A stretch of 64,000 nt of DNA from the human T2T-CHM13v2.0 reference genome, Homo sapiens. Positions within the stretch are counted from its first letter, which is position 1; every line of letters begins with the position of its first letter. The notes beneath the pieces were generated by a model. The model worked only from the letters and a program-made list of their open reading frames with translations, did not search any database and was not told the origin of the DNA. Made by a program: the position numbers and the translations under genes. Location: NCBI RefSeq assembly GCF_009914755.1, contig NC_060925.1. One strand, 5' to 3'. Of the stretch, positions 1 to 11,899 are shown one piece after another.

Positions 1-696
1 AGTGGCTCCTGTGTAAAGAAATATGATTTACAAGAAAATTAAATGATTTTTTTACAAACACAACGTTTTTACCAAGGCCAAAATCCAATGAAGATGCTCT
101 TATTTCCCATTATACATCATTTTTATTGATTCCTTATTTAAACAAACCTTAACAAAAATGAAATATGTTCAAACATATTTTCAACCCACTCACCTCCAGC
201 TGCTACCAGCCACACATATACCATCCTTGCTTTTAAAGTCATAAATGGAGTGAGGTAGACCATTTTGGTGGTTCATAGGCAGGCTGAGCCTTGAGTAAAT
301 GAATCTGAGCATAGGGTGTTTCAAGAAAAATATGCATATTCTTTTTTTGTGATATTTTTAGTTCCAATGAAACTATACATCCTCCAAGGTGATGATAACT
401 TCGAGAATCTTCTGGTACTGTGATTGAAACCCAGTGAGTACTCTAGCTACAAGACACTGGCCTGAGACAATGCATTTTCTGTGATGACAGCAGGGGGAGC
501 CCCTTCTCTCCAGTGTTTCAAAGCGATTTGCTATTATTCTGTTTAATATAATAACTGAAAGTCTCTATTTTGGGTGGTAGGCACTCACTGTGCCCAATCA
601 CCTAATGATGCCCTGTATGACAGCACCTTCTCATGTCTGGTTGATAAATGAAAAACCAGAAATCTGTCATAGAAATTACCTAATTTGATATTTTAG

Positions 697-1101
<405 letters not shown>

Positions 1102-2149
1102 TGAATTACCTGAGATGACTGCGCAAGTCCCAAGAACATCTGGAGATTTCCTGACCTTTATTCTAGTGGTTTTATCTGGGGGCAGAACTGGACAATTCTG
1201 AGGTGTTTTCAGAAAACCTTGAATTTGCATCTCTCAGCATAGTTCCCTCTCAAAGGTCTTTGTGAAGGAGCAGAGCCACTGAAATTGCATTGCTGCTGTG
1301 TCAAAAACAGCCACAGGAAAAGAGCAAGAATAATTTCCTAGGAATTGCATTTCAACCCGGAAAAGCTTCCAGATTCCTCAGTAACATATATAAAGAGCAG
1401 AGTGCATTGCATGATTTCCATCTCAAACTTCTAAATGGTTTTTGTGCCTATTATCTAGAAAGAAAAATATGTTGGTGAAGGAAGTCTTTGGGTAGGGTTG
1501 TGTCTAGGAATTCACAAGCCTGAAGCAAGGCTTTTTTTTTTTTTTCTAGCCTCCTATCCATTCACCGGTTCATTCACTTTTAAACAATCACTAAAACTAT
1601 TACACAATACTTATTCCACAATCTAGTTGCTACTTCTGGTAGCCAGCACCCTGCCCCCCCAACTCCAAGGCTGGTGATGGAGAAATAGTTTAATGTCAGT
1701 TTTTTAAAGTGACAGGGGTCATGCTGTTCATTTTTTGAGAAAATACTGCAGAGTATTAAAGGGAATAATTAATAAAAATTAGCAGTTAACTAATTGGGTA
1801 GAACCTCAGGTGCACAACAATGCTATGATCAAAGAAAAACTTTTTTCTTCAAATTTAAATAAAAGTTTCTTGATAGAAAGTAAACTCATTTTCAGGCAGT
1901 CAGTTGTTAACAGTACTCTGGGCAGTTCCCATAGGGGCATGTCCTGAGGTTTGCTTAATAAATACATTTTTATTAGCATGCACCATCCATTAGTGCTAAC
2001 ACAGATGCTTCTTAAACACGCGTGTTTACTTCACCAGCACGGAACATTTGGCTTATTATAGCTGCAGCCAAAAAAAAAAAAAAAAAGCAGCATCATGATT
2101 TCCAAAAAGGGAGTGACATTTGATTTGGGGCAGCTCTTGTCATGCGCCA

Positions 2150-2800
2150 TCTCCAACTTAGAAAATCCACCCTGTACAGCCCGGCCCGCGTCAGGGACCC
2201 TTGCAGGCGGCAGCCACGGCTGCTGCTGACGCGCGTTTGATCTTTTCTGGGCCACCGAGGGCTCGCCACACCCCTGCTCTGGCGCGCACGTTCCTCGCTC
2301 GGCCTCGCCCAGCAGGAGCCAGACCTTTTACTTTATTTGGTTCACCACGCGGTCTCTGCTCCAGAGAGCGCGCCGGCGGCGGCGCACTCGGGCCCTCGCG
2401 CGCACTCGCACATTCTTCCCCGGGAACGCGGGCGGGGGGCGCGAGGAGGTGGCCGGGCCCGGGCTGCGGTCCCTCTAATTATAGCCCGGCAGCTGGCGCG
2501 CTGGCTTGGCCTGGCGCTCGGGGCCAGGACTGGGCGGCGGAGCGGAGGGGCGGGGCGCACCGGGCCGTTTCCCGTTTCCGGGCCCGCGCCCCGCCCCGTC
2601 CCGTCCCGTCCCGTTCCGTTCCGTTCCGCCCCGCCCCGCCCCGCCCCGCCCGGGGTCGCGCGGCTCCACGTGCGCAGAGCCGGGCGCGCGGAGACTGCGC
2701 TGCTCCAGCCCGGGAAAAGTTCTAGAATAGAGGCGCGGCGCAAGTCCGGGGGCCGCCTTGAAAACCGCAGCAAGGGCTCCTTGTGGGCTCCAGGCTGTTG
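2150..2800. promoter_or_regulatory. Orphan CpG island downstream of IRF2BP2
   Basis: Abrupt GC- and CpG-rich block in AT-rich surroundings; multiple GC boxes; CACGTG at 2667-2672. Confidence 0.85.
2591..2650. repeat. (CCGYY)12 pentanucleotide tandem repeat
   Basis: CCGCC, (CCGTC)3, (CCGTT)3, (CCGCC)5 read directly. Confidence 0.95.
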
Positions 2801-5800
2801 GAGAGTGAGGGAGCCTCCTCCCCTTTCCTTCCCGTGGAGTAAACAGAGCTTGGCAGGGCTGGAGGCTTTCTTCCTTTTAAAAAGTGCCATTCTGAACAAC
2901 GATACAAAGTGAAAAAATAAATTTTTTAAAAAAGAAAGGGAAAAACTACAATTTGACCATTCTGACCAGCCTCCTTGTTCCAACTGGCCTCTTGATTTGT
3001 ATAAAGATAATGGGGTCCGGCGGCCCCCTTGATGCATGAATTGCACGCTGGGCATAATGAACTTATTGTGCGAAAGCACTTTGGACTTCGGACTGTGTTC
3101 CTATGTCAGAATTTTACTGTGGTTTGTAAGATAAACTGGAAGGAAACAAACTCGTGGTTAACTCTTGTCAATACGTGTCTTGAACCAAGCAAAGTGACAT
3201 TTCCTACCTGTGGCTTTGACTTTAAGCTGCACAAAAGGTAGGAGCTAGCCTCTCAGCTGTTCAAAGCCTAGAATGAGATGCCTGCTTAGTAGGTGTTAAA
3301 TTATAACAGCAACAACCCATATGGTGCTTATTAGGAGAATAGTATTCCAAAACTTCTCTAATGACTGTGACCCTCCTGTGAAATTCTGATTTCAATTGTA
3401 TATGGGGTACAATAAATCTTTATCTTTTATCACCAGAAAAGCTAATTGAACTGCTGTTTGCAGGCAGAAATAACAAAATGGGGGTAATGGGCTCTTAGCC
3501 TGGGCTAAGACTCTCAACAGCTTTTTTCTGTTTTGCAGCTCACACATACAGTCGGCTCAGGCAGACGGCCCAAGCCAAGCCTGTGCCAAAGAAATGCTGA
3601 TTTAGTCTGACCCAGACAATCTCTACTCCCACATGTCACTTCTCTGCAGAACTCTTACTAGTATGGCAAATACTTTAAAAATCATACAATAAAAGAAGGC
3701 AAAACCTCAGTAATTTGAGGTTCACTTTTAATAAACTCTTTCCATGCATTAAAATAAATTGAGGCCCTGAGCTCTGGCGAAATGTTGTTTCCGGGTTTTT
3801 AATTCCCACCGCCCCCCCACCCCGGAGGCATAAATAGCCACATACGCAATTCAAAGTACTCTATTTGAACTAGTATAGGAAAGATGTTTTCTATAGATAT
3901 TGCAGATAAATTTGCAATGACTTAAATATTTATCTGCTAAAGTTGCTGAGTGCCTCCACAACAAAACCGAACTCATTTTTTGTGCACGATGGGCATCTGA
4001 ATGCTACCTGATGGTGATGATATAGAAATACTAATTGCTAAGTAAAAGTGGTAAGTGATGTGATCTACAGATTATGTAATGTAGTTCATTTCCCCCAAAA
4101 TGTAAACTATATTTAGAAATATTCAAATGTGACATTATTACCCTATACAGGATGTCTTATCTCAGCATCAAGGGCGTCTGTAGAGCTGCTGGAGGAGGCT
4201 CTTTAGATTACGCAATCTAACTTCTGACAGCCCATTCAAAGGATGAGAACCGGTGCCTTGAAGCTCTCAATTTAAACTAGGAATCCTGTAGTCTAGTCTC
4301 TAGACTTATCTGACCTAGGCAGAAATCATCTCCTAGAGGCTTTTCATGGCTGATTTTGTGATGTTTTACTTGCACTGAAGATTTATTATTCCATGTTTTG
4401 AGTTAGTGTTATACAGTGCCATTCTATATATTTTCCAAATAAATGTTTGTCTTACAGAAGAAACTGTTTATACCATTCTAATAGGGTTGTTTAATAAGGA
4501 AATTTTACTCAGTTGGGTTTTGGATTAAAAATAAAAGAACAGCTTTTAAGATACAATGTCTAAATGATTCTCAATAATGATCTGTCTATGGTATAGTTAC
4601 TTTTTGTCCTAAAATACCTTTTCTGTGGGTTGTATGGACTGTTTTATGTTGTGCCAGGCAGATGTGCATAATTTTCTGATTAAAACCAGTGCAAATACAG
4701 ACTTCATATTCTATAATCTTTTAAAGAGACAAGTTACACTTCAAATCAAACAATCAGAGAGCTGTTTCAAATCAAGCATTTTAAGTTAAGTTGTATTGAC
4801 ATGGGGAGGGAGCAGATGACACACCTAATGAGTTAAAACAATGTTCACTGTTAAATTAGGTATAAATTAATGTAATAACTAGGGGTAGTGTGGGTATCCC
4901 TGACAAATTATGGATTTATCTGAGGATTAATGGAGGAATCCACAGATAATCCATAAATCTACCCATTTTCTATCTTCTAACCGCTTAACGAGTAATTTAT
5001 AAATTGTCTATTTGTGTGCTTTTTAAGTTACAGTGAGGGGTTCAGACATATTAAGGAAAATGCAGGCTGTCAAGAGAAACAGCAACAAGGGATCTATAGA
5101 GTTTGTAATCTGGAAAGTCACACCCGTAATTTTTATTTGATTGTAGTACCATTGCTGTCAGAGGCCTAACCAGTGGCACTGAAGGAGTTAAAACAGTCCC
5201 CACCCCCACTCCCGATTTCTAGAACCCCACGATAAATTGGGTAAATATGTATTCCATTCATTGGTGCATCTGACCTTGGTCTGTGACAGAGGAAAGGCGT
5301 GTCTTCTCATACTGTTCCCTATGAACAAAAGGCAAGCAAATGAGGGTGACTCAGGACTTCTCATGGCCTACACACAACTGAACATTTTTCTGAATGATTC
5401 CACGTATACACTTAGGAATCAGGAAGAGAAACATTTTACTCTTCACTAACCAAATAAAACCATCTATAAATCATATGCAAAACAACTTTTGAGTAAAGAG
5501 GGACTTAAAAGTCTAGGAATTAAAGAAGGATTTCCATAGTTTCCTTTTAACTCTCCCCCAACTCCCCTTTGGGGAATAAACAAAGACATCTGCCACATCA
5601 AGAGTCTGGTTTGTTTTCTTAACTGAAAACGAAATGCAGTCATTAAAGTATATCTTTGGGAAGAGGTTTTGAAATGTTGAGAATTACTTCTACAAGCTGC
5701 ACTATTTTCAATTTCACTAAAAATAAAATTTAGCATTTTTGTTACAAAAACATAGTTCATCCTATTTCTTTTAACCTAGTTATTACATGAAAAATTGTTT

Positions 5801-6669
5801 ATCATCTGTAACTTGCTAAGAATATGGTTTCTTGAAAACCTTAAATGGACTAATAATGAAAAACTATTAAAATATATATAGTGATGGGCCCCTCCTAGTT
5901 ACCAGACCACCCTAGTGTAAATATATTCAAGTACACATTCACTGTTGCTGTTTAATTTAAAACATATAGTAACTCTATGTATATCCTAGCCTCCAACTCT
6001 TTATGAGTTTCACAACTTCCTTTCATAGAGAAGTCTGCCAAGCCATTAATCAATAAAAAGAGTAAAAGCTGCAACATCTAGGAAATTTCTTATTATATGA
6101 GAGTAGCCAGTAAAATGTGTCTCAGTGCTTTCTACCTTTTATCTCTATTTATAAATTTAAGTTTCAGGATATCAATAAAGCTCATACATGGCTTTGGCTT
6201 TTTTCATTCCTAAGCTTTCCAAAGTATAAGGCTTTTTTTTTTTTTAAATCCCTTTTGTCTTTAGCGCATTTCCTATGGCCCAACGTAGCTGTTTTATTCC
6301 AAAGCTTTTCAAAGAGCAGCTCCAGGTCTTGAGAGTCTTTCCAGTGTCGTCACTATCTTCTCTTTCCAATCTACCATTGCAGAATGGCTGGTTCTGCTGC
6401 TAGTTGAAAAATAAACAAATGCTTTCTAGCCGTACTTTGTTCAGCTCTTTTATCTGTGTCCCCTATCCAGTTGCCCTTTCCGCAGTCCCTGGCACTTCTA
6501 TTTTATACCATCAGTTGCCTTTTTGTTCCATGTCTTTTATCTCCTGAAGTTCAGGCAAACCCCAACCCCAAACCCACACATCCTTTAGTCACATTGCCAT
6601 TAGTGATTAAAACAATAGCCATTCTAAGCTTGCTTTAGAAAATTAAAAAAGGCCTCAGAAAATGTTCAG

Positions 6670-9541
6670 TGCTCCCAATTTTATTTTTATTTAATGCTAA
6701 AAGTTAAAGAAAAAAAGGTACTGTAAATCTGACAAATGACAGAATTCAGGTGATATTTCCATAGCGTGATTTTAAAATATAATAATGTTGATATCTGAGA
6801 TTACACTCACTTCAGTTGACATGAGTTTCATCATATATAGAAAAAGTATCACCTTCAACTTAAAAAAAGTAAAGGTTAAAAGGTGGCACACTTTTAAAAT
6901 ACTTGGTGGCCAAGGAAAGGTATATAGTAAAAGTTGTAAACCATGTGTATGTTCTCATAACTTTAAATGTGAGGCCACATGAAAGACAGTACATCTGTTA
7001 AATTCTATAAATTGTTAAAAGCAAAAAAGGGAAAGCTTCAACACCCCATCCCCTAATATTTTGAGTATTAAAAGCACAGCTGAAATATTAGGATTTGAAA
7101 TCTGATACTGCCCATGTACAGTAAGTAGCTTTGTGACATTTTTATCCAGCTGTGGAGAATCTCTGCACTGTCATCAGGTACAACAAAAGATCAAACCCAT
7201 GTCCCGATGTTAACTTTTTAACTTAAAAGAATGCCAGAAAACCCAGATCAACACTTTCCAGCTACGAGCCGTCCACAAAGGCCACCCAAAGGCCAGTCAG
7301 ACTCGTGCAGATCTTATTTTTTAATAGTAGTAACCACAATACACAGCTCTTTAAAGCTGTTCATATTCTTCCCCCATTAAACACCAGTACAGAGAAACCA
7401 CAGGTTGCCCTTTCCACAGCTGGATAGACTTATCCAAAACGGCAGGATGGTTCTGTATTAATCTTTTTGGAAAGCATGTCTGTATTAAGATTGCAAAACA
7501 TACAGATAGCTACCACAAATTAGGTCAAACGACTGATCAAGTTGTAACATCTGTGAGGTCAAATTCCAGTTATAATAAAGTGCCTAGATACACATTTATA
7601 CAACAGACCATAAGAGCTGAATTCTTTACAAATGTCTTTATGGGCATGTAAAATTGACTCTGCATTTCTGCATGTGTGCATTCACATAAGAGAGACCAGT
7701 CTGCACTGAGTCATATATACTCCAACTTGAAAAAGTAAGTGTAACAACTGGTTAATCATGCAAGTCTGTTTGTAATATAACAATGACTGGTAAAACATGA
7801 ATTCTCGCACAGTAGTAATAGGTGCACTCATTAAAAACACTACGGAAAAACACTGTATTTGGTGCAGTATCTGATTTTCAAGTGTTAGTAACTTGACCAT
7901 TAAAAAATAGTTTTGAACAATTTAAAAAGGAAAGACAAACATATAACTAAAAAAGAATCCAAAGTTGGTAAAAATCTGTATTTTCAAATGTAAATAGAAG
8001 CTAGGCTGTGAACCATACACATAAATTGTAGACCTTGAAGCCATAATTCAGCCTAATTATAAGGCCAAGTTACAAACACCTGAACGTAAGGATTTAAAAT
8101 AGTGTTCCTGTCAATGTTAAATCATAACAGCACAAAAGAAAAACCAGTATCACTGTGAGACAACTATTTCTAATAATTGATGATTTATTGGTTTTAAAAA
8201 AATCATTTTACTGATGCAAAATAGTGATCAAAAGAAATTAGTTTACAAAAAGACTTCTAAAAATATTTTGAGAGGTGGGGCCTGTCTATTATATAAAACC
8301 CTTAATTTCTTTAATTTCCACTAGTTTATCATTTTTTTCCAGAACAGTATTATTCACTTGGTATTTCAAACACATGTTAAGAAGGAAATTACAGGTTTCC
8401 TCCACCCACATTTGGGCTGTCACTGATATGCCCAAGGGCAGTCCTGGCAGCACCACGCGGCTGTTACTGTCATTGTACCATACTGTATTCAGCACTCACT
8501 AGAAACAGGGTATAGGTGATAGTATCAACAGCAATAGCACTACAGGTAAATGATAAACAAAACAAAACAGAAACAAAACCAATCCCACAATCTCCAAGTT
8601 CACCTGGACTGTAACTTCTCTTGCAACTCTTTCAAAATAAAGGACAACAGCAACAACAAACAGACCTCTAGGGTGTTTAAAAAGATGAAGTGGCGCTGCA
8701 GAGCTGGGCTCTGCTCAAAGATGGCAGTGCCATCTTGTACACACCACCATCCATTATAACCGCCTTCCATCACTGGAATTGTATCTTATGTAACCAACTA
8801 GCATGCAGCATTGTAATCTTACAACTGATCACGTGGACAGTGAACAGCGGTCAACTTTGTCTTAAAAAAAAAAAAACAAAAAACCCCAAAAGACCACACA
8901 ATCCTGAAAATTTCCCAGCAGCACTCTCAGTCATCAGTATCTCAGGAACTGAACTTTTGAGCAAAATAGAGATTCAAAATCCACTTTCCTACTCCTCTGA
9001 GGACAATGTTTCAGGGTAAACTGGTGGTATTTCCCAGTGGCATGCCCACTTGACAACATGCCCGTTCGATCATTTCCTTTCCTTCTCCACCACTTGGCCT
9101 CCGGCCTGAGAAAGGGGCCAGCAATAAGGAATGACAGACAGTAAGGCAATCTTACAATGTCAGAAAATGTATTTGGCTTTTTTTTTCTTTTTAAAATAAG
9201 TGCATACAAATACAGCTAGAAGCATTTCTGATTTGCCAAGTGCTCTAAAAAAGCAGCGCAAGTCACAGCCTACATAGAACGGTAACTGTCACCAGGATAA
9301 TAAAGCACAAAGATATGCTAATAACGTTAACAAAAGAAAAAAATGTCTTTATAAGTACATACCTTTTGTCGTCAAAAAAAATATAGAAACACAATGTATT
9401 CAAAAAAAATCAAAATTATACAGCCATGTTTATGAAGTCTACATTTCCCTTGTCTTGGATATATATATATATGGAGATATATATACAATTCAAGCAGTTT
9501 TAATTAAGGGTAATCATTGGGTTTTTCTGAAACCGGAAAAG
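6670..9541 (-). other. IRF2BP2: IRF2BP2 3'UTR (~2.9 kb, AU-rich, no obvious repeats)
   Basis: Lies between the stop codon (9542-9544) and the PAS cluster; the exact cleavage site is inferred. Confidence 0.75.
6680..6695 (-). terminator. IRF2BP2: IRF2BP2 distal polyadenylation signal cluster
   Basis: Minus strand reads ATTAAATAAAAATAAA: ATTAAA (6690-6695) plus AATAAA at 6686-6691 and 6680-6685, followed by T-rich sequence. Confidence 0.75.
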
Positions 9542-10257
9542 TCACGAGTCTCTCTCTTTTTTCACTTTCACATCTCCAGCAAGGATGGTTGCAATTTCCC
9601 CTTGCATAAAGGCCCAGGGGACATTGGAGCCCACAAGAGGGCATTTTTCCCCACTGGGACAATAGACCTCTCCACTAGCTCCCTGCTGTTTGATGCTTTG
9701 TCTGGAGCAAGGGAAGCAGAACTTGTGCGAAGGGACGGACGGGCACTGCACAAAATGGGTGTCCTCCAGCCGCTCGTGGCAGAGGGTGCAGCACAGCGGG
9801 GCACTGGTTGCCAGAGAGGAGTCCGGGAGGCTGGCAGGGTGCACTGGCTCCAGTCCTCCTGTGTTGCCTGCTCCCTGGCCCCCCACCTCTCTGGGGCCCA
9901 GCCTTCTTTGGTTCATAGAGGACGGAGAGGGCGGACTGTTGCTATTCCTCCTGGTAGTGGAGTGAACCTGGTTGGCATCTTTTGAGGCATGACTGCCCCC
10001 TGCATTGTCTGCTACTAAGATCAGGGCTGCCATGGGGGACTGGCCATTCTGGGCCGCTTCAGGCGGTGTGGTCCGGTTGGAATGAGGTGAGGCAGTGGGT
10101 GGTGGCGGAGACACAAAAGAGGATGTAGGAGTCATGGGGATCTTGAGCCCCTCTGTGGATGTGGACAGCCACGGCTGGGCCTCTCCGTTGATCTTAGGGG
10201 GCCCGACTTCACCTTCTGGTTCTGGAGAGGGCTTCCTTTTCCTTGCTGTTCTTGCAA
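9542..10257 (-). CDS. IRF2BP2: IRF2BP2 coding exon 2 (NLS and C-terminal C3HC4 RING/PHD-type finger)
   Basis: Acceptor tttatttctttgtgtttccAG|TT at 10258/10257; encodes [12 protein letters not shown] (NLS, S360), CTLC..H..C..HKFCFPC..CPSGEKC and ends VKKERDS*. Confidence 0.98.
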
Positions 10258-10851
10258 CTGGAAACACAAAGAAATAAAAGGAAAAAGGTAACATAAGTGG
10301 CGGTGCACTGAAAGAGATCATTCTCTTCCTAACCCGAAACAAAAGTCGTTACAGAATTCCTCCTCTCTAAAAGCACAGACAGAAAATACTCATATACGAG
10401 TTTCAGGTGCACATGCAACTTAAAACCTTCAGGCGTACGGGATTCTGAGGCAGCAGACTGATTTAAAATGGAGCCACTGAAAATGACACGCTTGTAACTG
10501 CCTGTTTGTACACATGCACAAAAGTACCCTCGTTTGCACTCAACATGTGACTGCTAATGTCCCCCAATAGGTTAAAAGGTGACTGGTGCCCTCATGCTCC
10601 CATCCAAGAATGTGCTGGGAAAGGAAAACCCCGTGTCAGAGCGTATCAGCCCAGTCTGACTCATCTCTGTTATGCTGCTTCAGCACATGAACACGTTGCC
10701 ACCAAGCACTGGTTCCGCCTCAGGCAGATCAGGAAGTGGGGTGTTTGTTGTTTCTGGGCTGGGGTAAAATGGTGAATCCAAAGAACCACCCTTCCTCTGC
10801 TCTCCGTCCCCTTTTCTCCCCTAGACCCCCTCACTTCACAGCCGCCCCTAC
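10258..10851 (-). other. IRF2BP2: IRF2BP2 intron 1 (594 nt, GT-AG; 642 nt GC-AG with the alternative donor)
   Basis: Donor GCAG|GTAGGG at 10852/10851; polypyrimidine tract and AG at 10259-10258; phase-1 join restores the frame (1048+716=1764 nt = 587 aa + stop). Confidence 0.95.
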
Positions 10852-11899
10852 CTGCTTTAGACCCGTTGGCCCCGTTGGCCTCGAAACCCAACAACCTGCC
10901 TGCAGTCAGGGCCGGCTCCTTCTTAAACTTGCTCTCGAAGGGCCCCGAGTGGCCGTGCTGGTGCAGCGCCAGCAGCGTGTCGCGCACGGTCTTGGGCCTG
11001 TTGACCCAGTCCTGCTCTCCAGACCCGCGGCTCTTGCCCGCACCTTCCGCGCTCAGCTCGGCGGCCCCGGCAGCGGTGGACAGGCTGTCGGCCGGGCCCC
11101 GGTGCGCAGGCGGCGGCGGTTGTTTCTCCTTGGCTGCCGCCTCACGCTGCTCGTGCTCCACGGCAGCGCTGCTCGACACGGATGCCGGCCGCTTGTGGGC
11201 GCCCAGATCGGTGGGCTGCGCGGAGCCCAGGCTGGCGGCCGCGGTTCCGGACACCGCGGCTAAGGAGGCGGCAGCGCGGCCGCCGAGGCCGAGCGCGGTG
11301 GGCAGCGGCGTGGCCGAGCCGTTCATGAGCGGCACCAGGGTGGGCGGCACCGCGTGGCCGCGCCGCGGGTTCGGGCTCTGGCGATTCAGCTCGGGCGGCT
11401 CCTCTAGCTTGGAGAAGCCGTTGGGCACCAGGATGCCGTTCACGGGCGGCGGCTGCGGCGTCGGCGGCTGGGCCAGGCTCGCTGCCGGGCGGCTGCTGCC
11501 GAAGTCAGAGCCGAGGCGCGGGGGCCTCTCGGCCGCGGCCGCCAACGGGTAGCGCTCCAAGGCCTGCGGCGCGCGCGGGGCCGCCTCGGGGCCGCCGTGG
11601 CCAAGCTGCTGCTGCTGCTGCAAAAGGATGTCCTTGGCGGAGAGCGGCGGCGGCTTGGCGGCGGCCGGGGCCGCGGCGCCGGGTGGGGAGCGACCCTCCG
11701 GGAAGCAGCCGTGCGCCCGCTTGAGCTGCCGCGCCGTCTCGATGACGAACTCGACGCGGTCGGCGCCCTCGTAGTTGACGCAGCCGCGGCAGACGGGTTC
11801 GGTGAAGTCCCAGATCATGGCCCAGGGCATGCGGGGCAGGTCACACAGGTAGCACGACTGCCGCCGGGACGCGGCCGCCACCGCCACCGCCGCGGCCAT
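10852..11899 (-). CDS. IRF2BP2: IRF2BP2 coding exon 1 (N-terminal C4 zinc finger)
   Basis: ATG at 11899 in strong Kozak context (gacATGg); [45 protein letters not shown] is the IRF2BP-family zinc finger. Confidence 0.98.

Noticed and set aside
2201-3079. 174-245 aa ORFs on both strands over the orphan CpG island
   Set aside because: Occur in multiple frames, driven by GC content and the pentamer repeat; no recognisable protein
10258-10342. ORF-track N-terminus [28 protein letters not shown] on exon 2
   Set aside because: This is the intron's branch/polypyrimidine region read in frame; the real exon starts at 10257
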